This document shows, in pieces, positions 1 through 9,222 of a stretch of 64,000 nucleotides of DNA (its first letter is position 1; each line of letters opens with the position of its first letter). The DNA is taken from assembly GCA_965203805.1 (NCBI GenBank), contig OZ241917.1:672001-736000 (forward strand), read 5' to 3'. The notes under the pieces are model-generated. The model worked only from the letters and a program-made list of their open reading frames with translations. It made no database searches and had not been told where the DNA came from. The translations under genes were made by a program, and so were the position numbers. Source of the stretch: Candidatus Latescibacterota bacterium (lineage in GTDB: Bacteria; Latescibacterota; UBA2968; GCA-2709665).

Positions 1-27
1 TCGGCCGATCACCCTCGAAGCGCGCCC

Positions 28-1356
28 ATGCGGGCGATGATTATCGGTCTGGATGGTACGCCATGCAGTCTGATCCACCGGCTGGTCTCCGACGGTCTGA
101 TGCCGAATTTCGCGGACCTGCTGCAGGCCGGAACCCTGGCGGATATGGAGTCCGTATTGCCTACGGTTTCGTCGGTGGCCTGGGCGTCGCTGGTCACCGG
201 ATGCAATCCGGGCAAGCACAATATCTATGGCTTCATCGACCGTGTGCCGCAGACCCATGAAATGTACATCCCGACGTCCGGAACGATGCGAGCGAGGCCC
301 TGGACGGAAATTTTCAGCGGGATGGGCAGGCGTGTCTTTTCCATGGGCGTGCCGACGACCTACCCCCCAAAGCCGGTGAACGGCATTCAGATTTCAGGTT
401 TTCTGGCGCCGGATCTGAACCGGGCGACCTATCCCCCCGAAGTGGCGCGCCGGCTGTCCGAAATGGGATACCGGATCGACATCGACGCGTGGCTTGCCCG
501 CCGTGACACGGAGAAATTTCTGGATGATGTCTTCCAGGCTATGGAACGGCGGTTCGACGCGATGTTCGAGTTTCTGGACCAGGAGCCATGGGACCTGTTT
601 GTCGCGCATGTTCTGGAAACGGACAGATTGCACCATTTTTTATGGGGCCTTGTTGAAGACGGCAGCGAGGCCTATCTGCCCTGGTTCAACCGGTTTTATG
701 CCAGGGTTGACCGTGCCATCGGTGAAGTCGCGAACCGCTTTGACGACGACGTGCTGATGATGATTGTTTCCGACCATGGATTCTGCAAATTGAAGTATGA
801 AGTGCATCTGAATTACTGGTTGCGCCAGGCCGGTTATCTGCGTTTCCCCGGAAAGACGGCAAATGGACTGCGCGACCTTGGACCTGACACGCGATGTTAT
901 TCGCTATTGCCCGGGCGCATCTACCTGTCTTTGCGGGGCCGCGAACGCGGGGGATGCGTTGCGCCCGGTGCGGAGTACGAGTCGTTGAGACAGGACATCG
1001 CCGACGGACTCATGGAACTCCGTAACCCGGTAACGGGTGAACGTGTGATCCGGAGGATCTTCCGGCGTGAGGAACTCTACACCGGCGATGCCTCTGACCT
1101 GGCGCCGGATCTGGTGGCCATGCCGGTGGAGGGCTACGATTTGAAGGGCGGTTTCGATAAGGAGGAATTGATGGCGCGCGGTCCGGTCAACGGCACCCAT
1201 ACCTTCTCGGACGCGATGTTCTTCCTTAATCGCAAGGTGGATGTATTGCAGGACGTTCGCGTGATCGATGTGTTGCCCACACTCTTCGATGCAATTGGAC
1301 TGGAAATCCCCCGCGGTGTCGACGGGCGGTCCGTCGTTGCCGGCCCAGTGAACTGA
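28..1356 (+). CDS. Alkaline phosphatase superfamily protein (type I phosphodiesterase/nucleotide pyrophosphatase-like)
   Basis: 442-aa ORF with IIGLDG metal-ligand motif, PTVSSVAWASLVTG nucleophile region, DRLHH, SDHGF and GTH motifs. Confidence 0.85.
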   Translation: MRAMIIGLDGTPCSLIHRLVSDGLMPNFADLLQAGTLADMESVLPTVSSVAWASLVTGCNPGKHNIYGFIDRVPQTHEMYIPTSGTMRARPWTEIFSGMGRRVFSMGVPTTYPPKPVNGIQISGFLAPDLNRATYPPEVARRLSEMGYRIDIDAWLARRDTEKFLDDVFQAMERRFDAMFEFLDQEPWDLFVAHVLETDRLHHFLWGLVEDGSEAYLPWFNRFYARVDRAIGEVANRFDDDVLMMIVSDHGFCKLKYEVHLNYWLRQAGYLRFPGKTANGLRDLGPDTRCYSLLPGRIYLSLRGRERGGCVAPGAEYESLRQDIADGLMELRNPVTGERVIRRIFRREELYTGDASDLAPDLVAMPVEGYDLKGGFDKEELMARGPVNGTHTFSDAMFFLNRKVDVLQDVRVIDVLPTLFDAIGLEIPRGVDGRSVVAGPVN

Positions 1357-1395
1357 ACCTCAAGCGAAAATCCGGAAGATACATAGGGAGGACAT

Positions 1396-1995
1396 GTGAC
1401 GAAACTGGTCCTGCTCGCGATTGCAATGGGTGTTTCGGCGGCTGTCGGCCACGCCGACAGGGAACACGTGCTGGATACCAGCGAGGAGAACATGGAGCGG
1501 ATCGCCAGGTCACTCGGGGTGCGATGCACGCATTGCCACACCGCACGGAGACCGGATGGAAGACCTGACTTCACGGCGCCTTCCCTGTTCAAGCGGACAA
1601 CTGTCCATATGAAGGTTCACTTTGTGGACGGCCTGCAAACCGCGGATGGGAAGTCGCTGGATTGCATGTCCTGCCACCAGGGCAACGCCCGGTTTGTTCC
1701 TCGGGACCTCAAAGACGCCAAACCGTCCAACATGTCCGAGCGATTACCCCGGCGGGAGATCTTTCGGAAGATGAAGGCCATTGAGAAGGCGCTGGGGGTA
1801 AACTGCGAATACTGCCACGTCAGGCGCGAAGACGGGCGCCTCGCTCCGGAGCAGCCGACGAAACGCAAGCTGGTGGCCAAGTATATGATGGACCATTTCG
1901 AGGGCGCGTTGATCACGTCAGGCGGAAAGCCGGCCACCTGCGGAACCTGCCATGCGGGTACGGCGGCATTCTTGCCGCGCTCGACCGGTGAGTGA
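1396..1995 (+). CDS. Secreted tetraheme c-type cytochrome (photosynthetic reaction-centre cytochrome c subunit-like family)
   Basis: Signal peptide; four CxxCH motifs (CTHCH, CMSCH, CEYCH, CGTCH); twice-repeated M..I...LGV.C..CH module; GGAGG RBS before the GTG start. Confidence 0.8.
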   Translation: MTKLVLLAIAMGVSAAVGHADREHVLDTSEENMERIARSLGVRCTHCHTARRPDGRPDFTAPSLFKRTTVHMKVHFVDGLQTADGKSLDCMSCHQGNARFVPRDLKDAKPSNMSERLPRREIFRKMKAIEKALGVNCEYCHVRREDGRLAPEQPTKRKLVAKYMMDHFEGALITSGGKPATCGTCHAGTAAFLPRSTGE

Positions 1996-2008
1996 GAGTT
2001 TGAGGCCG

Positions 2009-2053
2009 AAAAAAGAAGGGCCGAACAGAAAACTGTCCGGCCCTTTTTCCTTT
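2009..2053. terminator. Bidirectional rho-independent terminator
   Basis: AAGGGCCGAACAG-aaaa-CTGTCCGGCCCTT stem flanked by an A-run and a T-run, between the convergent cytochrome and nrdJ genes. Confidence 0.8.
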
Positions 2054-2065
2054 ATTTGGCTCGTG

Positions 2066-5000
2066 TTACGAACAGCCAACCGAATTCCCGCAATTCAGGC
2101 ATCGATAACAGGATCCGTTACGTACTGTGATGTGTCCGCACGTGTCGCAAAAAGGCGCATCCCCCATCATCCGCGAGAGTTGATCGTCGAGGACCACTGA
2201 TTGAGGATGTAGGTGCGCTTCCGCGTAGGATGACGACCCGTTGGAAGGGGCGTGCGTTGAACCTGCGCCCGTGGCGCCATTGGTGGCGGGGTCGGCTTTC
2301 GGTGTGGGCGCCGCCGGCGGTGAAATGTCGGGCGCTTCGGCCCGCTCATCGGGAGACACGGGACTCTGCGCTGAGAGTGAAATCATCTCGGTTTCCAGAT
2401 CGTTGTGGTCGTTGATGTCCGGAGCGATATCTTCGGGCTTGACTTGCAGAAAGTCCGTCCGGCCAAGGTATTCATAGCCGAGGACACGGAAGATATAATC
2501 GATGACGGAGGTTGCGAATTTTATGTTGGGGTGATCGACGGATCCCCAGGGTTCGAAACGCGTAAAAGTGAGGCGGTCCACGAACTCTTCGAGGGGTACG
2601 CCGTGTTGCAGACCCTTGGAAATGGCGATCGCGAAGCAGTCCAGCATGGCGCGGAACGGCGCACCCTCTTTGCTCATGTCGATGAAGATTTCGCCGAGAG
2701 TACCGTCTTCGTATTCACCCGTGCGCAAGAAGACCTTTTGATTGGCCACACGCGCTTCCTGGGTGAATCCATGCCGTTTTTGGGGGAGGCGTCTTCTTGT
2801 GGGCCGCGTCGCCGACGGAACAGGCGCCGGCGTTGTCTTTCCGGATGCGCCAGCCACGGACTCATCGCGCGACGCTTCCGCGGTTTCCTCTTCAGCGTCG
2901 GATTTGGTAGCCGTACTCAACGGCTGCGAGAGTTTGGAGCCGTCTCGATAGATGGCGACGGCCTTCAGGCCCAGATTCCAACCCTTGATGTAAAGGTCTT
3001 CAATCTCTGTGGCGGTGGTTTCGCCGGGGACGTTTACGGTCTTGGAAATGGCGCCGCAAATAAACTCCTGGGCGGCGGACATCATGCCCAGGTGCGCCAT
3101 CGGTGCGATAAAGCGTTTGCCATGCCTGCCGCACTTGTTAGCGCAGTCGAATATGGGCAGGTGCTCGTCTTTGAGGTGAGGCGCACCCTCAACCGTCATT
3201 CGGCCGCAGACGTATTCGCCGGCTTCGTTGATTTGTGTTTCGTTGAATCCGAGTTCAGCGAGCAGATTGAACCCGGGAGCGTTGTACTGTTCCGGGGCGT
3301 AGCCCAGGCGTTGCATCAGTGCTTCGCCGAGAATCCAGGGTGTGAAGGCGAATTCCAGTTCAAGCACACCGGGCAGCGCGCCTTCCGCCTTTTTCAGATC
3401 TCCTGGACCGAAGCCCTTCGCCATTAACGATTCGACGTTCACATGCGGCGCGTCTTTCAGTGAGAGCCTGCCGCAGAGGTAGGCCAGAATGTCGGCGATT
3501 TCTCCCTCGGAATAACCGAGGTGCTCCAGGGCCTTCGGCACAGCGTGGTTGACAATTTTAAAATAGCCGCCGCCCGCGAGTTTTTTGAATTTGACCAGAG
3601 CGAAATCGGGCTCGATTCCGGTCGTGTCACAATCCATCAGCAGACCGATGGTTCCGGTCGGTGCGATGACTGTGGCCTGAGCGTTGCGATAGCCGTATTT
3701 TTCACCAAGTTCAACCGCAAGGTCCCAATCCTCCCTCGCGGCGCGCAGCAGATCGTGCGGACACGCGTGGGCGTCGATATTGTAAGCGGCATCGCGGTGC
3801 ATGTTCATGACATTGAGCATCGGACCGCGGTTCTTCTCGAAGCCAGGAAACGGACCCTTGTCGGCTGCCATGCGGGCCGAGGTCGCGTAGGCCTGACCGC
3901 ACATAATTGCGGTGATGGCAGCGCAGATGGCCCGTGCGCCGTCGCTGTCGTAGGGCAATCCCTGTACCATCAGAAGCGTTCCCAGGTTGGCATAGCCGAG
4001 GCCAAGGGGGCGGTAATCGTGGCTGTTCTGCGCGATTTTCCCCGTGGGATAGGATGCGAAGTCAACCAGAATTTCCTGGGCAATGAAAAAGATCCGGCAG
4101 GCATGACGAAAACCGTCGATGTCGAATGTGCCATCGTTGTTGAGGAACTTCATGAGATTGATCGAAGCGAGATTGCACGCCGTATCGTCGAGGAACATAA
4201 ATTCCGAACACGGGTTGGATCCGTAAATGCGGTCCGTGTTGGCGCATGTGTGCCAGTGGTTGATGGTGGTGTCGTACTGCATGCCGGGATCTGCGCATGA
4301 CCAGGCGGCCTCGCCGATCTGACGCATGAGATCGCGGGCCTTGTGCGTTTCGTAGACTTCGCCGGTCGTGCGAAGCCGGGTGTGCCACTCGCCGTCGTCT
4401 TTGCAGGCCTGCATAAATGCATCGGTGACGCGGACCGAGTTGTTAGAGTTCTGGCCGGAGACCGTCTGGTAGGCCTCGCCGTTGAAGTCGGAACTGTAGC
4501 CGGCGGCCATAAGCGCCGCGACCTTCTTTTCTTCTTTCACCTTCCAATTGATGAAATCGAGAATTTCAGGGTGATCCATGTCCAGGCAGACCATTTTGGC
4601 GGCACGCCGCGTCGTCCCGCCGGATTTGATGGCGCCGGCGCCTTTGTCGAGGACCTCCAGAAAGGACATCAGGCCGGATGAGACGCCTCCTCCGGAGAGC
4701 TTTTCCATTTTTCCGCGAATTCTGGAGAAGTTGGTACCCGTGCCGGATCCGTATTTAAAGAGCCGAACTTCGCTCTTCAACAATTCGAAAATATCCATCG
4801 TGTCGTCCCGGACGGACTGAATGTAACAGGCGGAGCATTGCGGATGAGAATACGAGTCTTCGGTTTCCGATACGGAATCCCGGTCCGGGTTCCAGTGCCA
4901 GTTGCCGCCGCTGCCATGAATCCCGTATTCGTGGTACAGTCCACAGTTGAACCAGACCGGCGAGTTGAAAGCGCCCTTTTGATGTACCAGATGGTACGCA

Positions 5001-5326
5001 AGTTCCGCCTCGAAGGTATCCGCATCTTCGGTTGAGTCAAAGTATCCGCCCTGATCCTCGCCGGCCCTGCGAATGGTATGCGCCACGCGGTGCATCACCT
5101 GGCGGACGGACGTTTCGTGTCCGGTTTCCGGCACGCCCCGTTTTCTGAAATATTTCGATACGACGATGTCCGTTGCCAACTGCGACCACTCAGCCGGAAC
5201 TTCCGCGTGGTCCATTCGAAAGACTTCGGACCCGTCGGGGTTGGTGATAACGGACGTTTTCTGTACATAGTCGACCTGGTCCAATGGATCCTGGCCCGGT
5301 ATCGTATGCCTGCGTTCAAGCTTCAT
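2066..5326 (-). CDS. nrdJ: Adenosylcobalamin-dependent (class II) ribonucleotide reductase with C-terminal TSCPD domain and Zn ribbon
   Basis: FNSPVWFN, QCSACYI, GGTTRRAAKM, SNPCSE catalytic loop, CNLASINL, IAPTGTI; C-terminal CDTCG...CYRCLNCG; directly downstream of nrdR. Confidence 0.95.
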   Translation of the reverse strand: MKLERRHTIPGQDPLDQVDYVQKTSVITNPDGSEVFRMDHAEVPAEWSQLATDIVVSKYFRKRGVPETGHETSVRQVMHRVAHTIRRAGEDQGGYFDSTEDADTFEAELAYHLVHQKGAFNSPVWFNCGLYHEYGIHGSGGNWHWNPDRDSVSETEDSYSHPQCSACYIQSVRDDTMDIFELLKSEVRLFKYGSGTGTNFSRIRGKMEKLSGGGVSSGLMSFLEVLDKGAGAIKSGGTTRRAAKMVCLDMDHPEILDFINWKVKEEKKVAALMAAGYSSDFNGEAYQTVSGQNSNNSVRVTDAFMQACKDDGEWHTRLRTTGEVYETHKARDLMRQIGEAAWSCADPGMQYDTTINHWHTCANTDRIYGSNPCSEFMFLDDTACNLASINLMKFLNNDGTFDIDGFRHACRIFFIAQEILVDFASYPTGKIAQNSHDYRPLGLGYANLGTLLMVQGLPYDSDGARAICAAITAIMCGQAYATSARMAADKGPFPGFEKNRGPMLNVMNMHRDAAYNIDAHACPHDLLRAAREDWDLAVELGEKYGYRNAQATVIAPTGTIGLLMDCDTTGIEPDFALVKFKKLAGGGYFKIVNHAVPKALEHLGYSEGEIADILAYLCGRLSLKDAPHVNVESLMAKGFGPGDLKKAEGALPGVLELEFAFTPWILGEALMQRLGYAPEQYNAPGFNLLAELGFNETQINEAGEYVCGRMTVEGAPHLKDEHLPIFDCANKCGRHGKRFIAPMAHLGMMSAAQEFICGAISKTVNVPGETTATEIEDLYIKGWNLGLKAVAIYRDGSKLSQPLSTATKSDAEEETAEASRDESVAGASGKTTPAPVPSATRPTRRRLPQKRHGFTQEARVANQKVFLRTGEYEDGTLGEIFIDMSKEGAPFRAMLDCFAIAISKGLQHGVPLEEFVDRLTFTRFEPWGSVDHPNIKFATSVIDYIFRVLGYEYLGRTDFLQVKPEDIAPDINDHNDLETEMISLSAQSPVSPDERAEAPDISPPAAPTPKADPATNGATGAGSTHAPSNGSSSYAEAHLHPQSVVLDDQLSRMMGDAPFCDTCGHITVRNGSCYRCLNCGNSVGCS

Positions 5327-5393
5327 AGGGGTACTTCCTCCGAGTATCTGGGATCGTTTTGAAACGGCGAAACAATAAAGAAACCCGCCTGGG

Positions 5394-5577
5394 CAGTGTC
5401 CTGTCCCGGAAACAGATCGCCACAGTTCGGCGGCCGGGCCGCTCGGTCGGCAACGTCAGTGAACGAAGGCACGTCGACAGGCCACTTCGGCAAGCGTGGT
5501 GCAAGCAGCGCAAGCGACACAGCAAGACGGGATGAATCGGCGGACGAGTGGTAACCTCTTTGGGGGACCGGACACTG
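5394..5577. ncRNA. Candidate structured RNA (rod-like ~184-nt hairpin) in the nrdR-nrdJ spacer
   Basis: CAGTGTCC-T-GTCCC (5394-5407) pairs with GGGAC-C-GGACACTG (5564-5577), and interrupted pairing continues inward. Family not identified. Confidence 0.4.
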
Positions 5578-5717
5578 GATCTACGTTGCGTTTACAGCCG
5601 TATTTTTCCTTCCCGGCCGTTACATTGATGCCGCAGGCAAATAAAACGAATATTGAAGACGCATCTGAAGGGGAATGGCGCGTCCGCGTTACGTGGGACA
5701 AGGGGAGGAAATCTGCT

Positions 5718-6182
5718 TCAGTCGCCTGCTTGAGGGGAAGCGAGTTGCCGGAGTTCCTTTTCGAAGTCGCTCAGGTCTTTGAACTGTCTGTAGACCGATG
5801 CAAAACGGACATAGGCGACCTGGTCCAGTTCTTTGAGTTCGTTAATGACCAGCTCGCCGATATCGTTGGCCGCCACCTCCCGTTCGCCGGTGCCGCTCAG
5901 CCTGGCTTCGATCCGGTCTGCGATCTCTTCGAGCCGGTCCGTAGAGATGGGCCGTTTGTTGCAGGCGAGATGCAACTTGGAAAAGAGCTTTTCTTTATTG
6001 AAAGTTTCGCGTCGACCGTCGGATTTGACAACCATTAGCGGCGTGTCTTCGATGGATTCGTAGGTTGTAAACCGTCGGCCGCAACTCAGACACTCCCTGC
6101 GTCTGCGGATGGCCGTTGCCTCCTTGCTGGACCTGGAGTCCACGACCTTGTCCTCCACCGTTCCACAGTAGGGACACCTCAT
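5718..6182 (-). CDS. nrdR: Transcriptional repressor NrdR
   Basis: MRCPYC Zn ribbon, IRRRRECLSCGRRFTTYE, ATP-cone, AYVRFASVYRQF. Confidence 0.97.
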   Translation of the reverse strand: MRCPYCGTVEDKVVDSRSSKEATAIRRRRECLSCGRRFTTYESIEDTPLMVVKSDGRRETFNKEKLFSKLHLACNKRPISTDRLEEIADRIEARLSGTGEREVAANDIGELVINELKELDQVAYVRFASVYRQFKDLSDFEKELRQLASPQAGD

Positions 6183-6248
6183 GGGAAATCTCCCGATACT
6201 TCACCGAGAGTGGAGATAGGGACAGACATAGGGTCCTCGGGTTGAAGG

Positions 6249-6299
6249 ACCCTATATTGTGGGGTGTTGTTATTATAATACAAAATATTGAGTTGTCAA
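6249..6299 (-). promoter_or_regulatory. Sigma70 promoter of nrdR-nrdJ with two NrdR boxes
   Basis: Minus-strand TTGACA (6299-6294)-N16-TATAAT (6277-6272); NrdR-box-like palindromes ATACAAAATATTGAGT (6278-6293) and ACCCTATATTGTGGGG (6249-6264) versus consensus acaCwAtATaTwGtgt. Confidence 0.85.
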
Positions 6300-6668
6300 G
6301 GGAAAACATGCAGGTCTCCATCGATGGTTTACCGAGTTGCCGCGTGCTGACTCTCGCAGCATGGATGGTCAATATCGGCTGTATCCGGGACCGGTTCAGT
6401 ACGGTCCGGCGCAGATACCGTCAACCGGTTCAGCACCAACGAATTCTATCCATTGGCGAGGTCCATTCGGCCCGATCCGGGGCGCATCCGGGACCCTGCG
6501 GCCCGAGGCGGATCGCAGGGTCCCGGGGTTCGGACAAAAGCACGACATCCTGATCCGAAACCGGGTGTCACGTTAAGAAAATACCGGCCTGTACGCGAGT
6601 CGGCACTCCAGAAGGCGACGTTCCTCGACTGTTGTTCGAACACGGGCCGCCTCACGGCGAGTTGCGGC

Positions 6669-9070
6669 TCAAGGCGACAACATCTCGAGGCTTCGATCCC
6701 TGAAATTCAACCTCGTGCCGGAAACGGCCGCGTGTGAGAGGTAGGCGCCGTCCGAGCCGGTCCTGATGACAGCGCAAATCGCATCCGTGCCAACGTCGCC
6801 CGCGCCGAACGTGCGGTAGGACCCGTCGGAAATGATGATGTGGTCCACAACGCCACCGTGTTCCACGACCAGGTACGCGGTTCCCCCCGGCCCGTCGTTC
6901 TCACCGCGACGGACATTCACCCTGGGCAGCGGCATGCTATCGAAGGGATAGAGAACCACGGCAAGGTCGTCCACCCGGCCGCTGCCGGTGGTCTTCAGGT
7001 CCAGCGATGCCCACCGGATGGGCTGCCGGGCGGGCCGAAGGTCCGTGATGCCGCCGAGATGCGCCATGCCGGTACCCTGGCGCACGGCCGGGGTGTCGGG
7101 CGTAACCACAAGCAGGCCGGGCGCCGAGGCGGAAAACACGGCGGATCCGCCTCGCTGCAGCGGGGTGGGGGAGTGCAGCATGAACGAGGCCGTCCGGGAC
7201 TGCCCGTCGGACGAGAACGCGTCAAACACCAGGAAGTAGGGATTCACGTTCAGATCGGGACCGGTTGGTTTCAGAAATACGAAGTGCCGGCGGTGTACCA
7301 CCCCAAGCTGGCGGTAGCCCTGGTGTTCGGCGGCAAAGTAATCCATACCTTCCTGGCTGCTCCACACCGGCTGCTCTCCCACGGCGACACGACGATCCAG
7401 GTTCCTGTCGTCGATCACGAGCATGTTGTGGGCTTTGGAGGTTATATACCAGGGCCGGTGGAGCGGGTCGTCGTAACTGACGCCAAGCCCGGCGTCGACG
7501 GCCAGCGCCTTGCCGTATGCGAATAGCTCGAAGCTGAGGATGTCATAGTGATAATGCCCCCCCGCCCAGGGACCGTAATTGATGACCATGTACGGACTGG
7601 TCCGCGCCCAGTCCATGCGCATCACGGCGAAACCCGAGGGTCGGAAGTCAACCGACTTGAAGGTTGGCGGCTCGACGGGGTCGTCGATGTCGGCGCCGAG
7701 CAGGTTTCTGGCCACCCAGAGCAGGTCGGGCCGATTGAAAACACGTCCGCCGTCGACAAAGACATCGCGGTCGAACCGAGCCCGACCACCGTCGTTCACA
7801 GCAGGCTGGGTGCCCAATGGGCTGATCAGGTACATCCAGTGGTTCAAGGTACGTTCCAGAGGCGGACGCAGGGCTGACGCCTGGGTGTCGTAACCTCCGA
7901 ACCGGTCCAGCAGGTGGGCGAGATTTCTCGGGTCGCGGTAGGCGACATTGGAATAGCTGGAGGGGCAACGTTCGGAATGGCAGCCGTCCTCGTAGAAATC
8001 TCTTTCGAGATGCTCCTCCATTCGATAGACGCCGAGGGAGACCCAGCGGTCGGCGTCTCTGAACTCGGGGAAGTTCAGGCCCAGTTCGGCCAGGGCGTAG
8101 GTCCCCATCACCTGCCAGTTGCCCGATCGGTATCCCTGCTTTTGCAGCTCGTACAGCCAGCGCGCCGATCCCAGGAAGTTTTTCAGGATCCGTTCGTGTG
8201 TCGTTTGTGAGAGCCTCCCGCGATTAAGACGGTAGAACTCCAGAAACACGCGGTTCCTGCGCGCGCCCAGGCCGAGTTCGTACCAGATCGGATCCTTGTC
8301 CTCGTATGCCCCCACGACGTCGTCACGCTGCTCGTACCACTGATTGAAGAGTTCGTCGAAGGCATCCAGGTACTTTGTTTGCCTCGTTCCCAGATACGCC
8401 CAAAGAAGGGGCTGGGACCATTCCCAGTAGTGAAACCCGTATTTTCCGCCCCTGCCGTAATCCGCGTTGAAATCCACGACAGGACCGTGCTGGATGTTGA
8501 CACCACCCCATCCCGTGATATTATGGGCGGCCACGCGGTCCGCCGCCGCCGTATAGTTCTCGTGCTGAAGTAATGGAACGCCTCTTCAATCGTGTAGTAA
8601 GGGACGCCGATGTTGATATAGGCGAACCCGGGACGAGCGTCCCAGTAAGACCCCCACGCCTTATAGGCGGCGGCGAAATCTCCCTGTTCAACCGCGTGTT
8701 TCACATCCTCGAGTCCGGCCCGGCTCAGGTCCATCGCGGCGAAGAGATCGGGATCGCTGATGTGCTTGATCTGCTGATCAAGATAGACCGGATCTTCGCG
8801 GAGATCGGCTCTGGCCGCACCAAAGGCCTCTGCAAAGAGAATGAAGTCACGGAAGCCGACCTGCCCGTCGAGGTCCAAATCGAAACGGTCGTCGAAGGTG
8901 TCGTCGGACCGGGACGTACCATAGTTCCGGGCAAAGGCGACGAAGTCCGCAAAGCCCACGAGACCGTCGCCGTCGAAGTCTCCGGACAAACCGGACCAGG
9001 CTGCAACGTGCATCAGCAGGACAGCCGCGAGCGAGGTCAGGCGGTTCCAACGCGAGATTCTGCTGGTCAT
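6669..9070 (-). pseudogene. Heparinase II/III-like polysaccharide lyase with N-terminal EF-hand/dockerin-like pair (copy A; frameshifted or sequencing error)
   Basis: ORFs 8183..9070 and 6669..8534 together align to the intact paralog at 9223..11625. Copy A reads GTATAGTTCTCG (TT at 8557-8558) where copy B reads GTATAGTTTCTCG, a 1-bp deletion. Confidence 0.8.
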
Positions 9071-9222
9071 TCAGTATTCCGCTGTTCGCGGCCTTTTGGC
9101 GTGGACGGCCGTGCGAACGGATGGATCGGATGACTCGGTCCGAGGCGCTCCCAAGACCCATGCCGGACCGATTGACCGTCGTGGTCTCAATTTCGTACGG
9201 TGGAAACTGGCGGATTACGCCT

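Noticed and set aside
2066-5326. Intein or intron in nrdJ
   Set aside because: The frame is continuous, with no intein splice-junction or LAGLIDADG motifs. The extra length is explained by linkers and the TSCPD/Zn-ribbon tail.
6488-6526. Perfect 13-bp hairpin CCGGGACCCTGCG/CGCAGGGTCCCGG
   Set aside because: Single copy with no U-tract in GC-rich DNA. It may be a terminator or stabiliser for the lyase mRNA but cannot be called.
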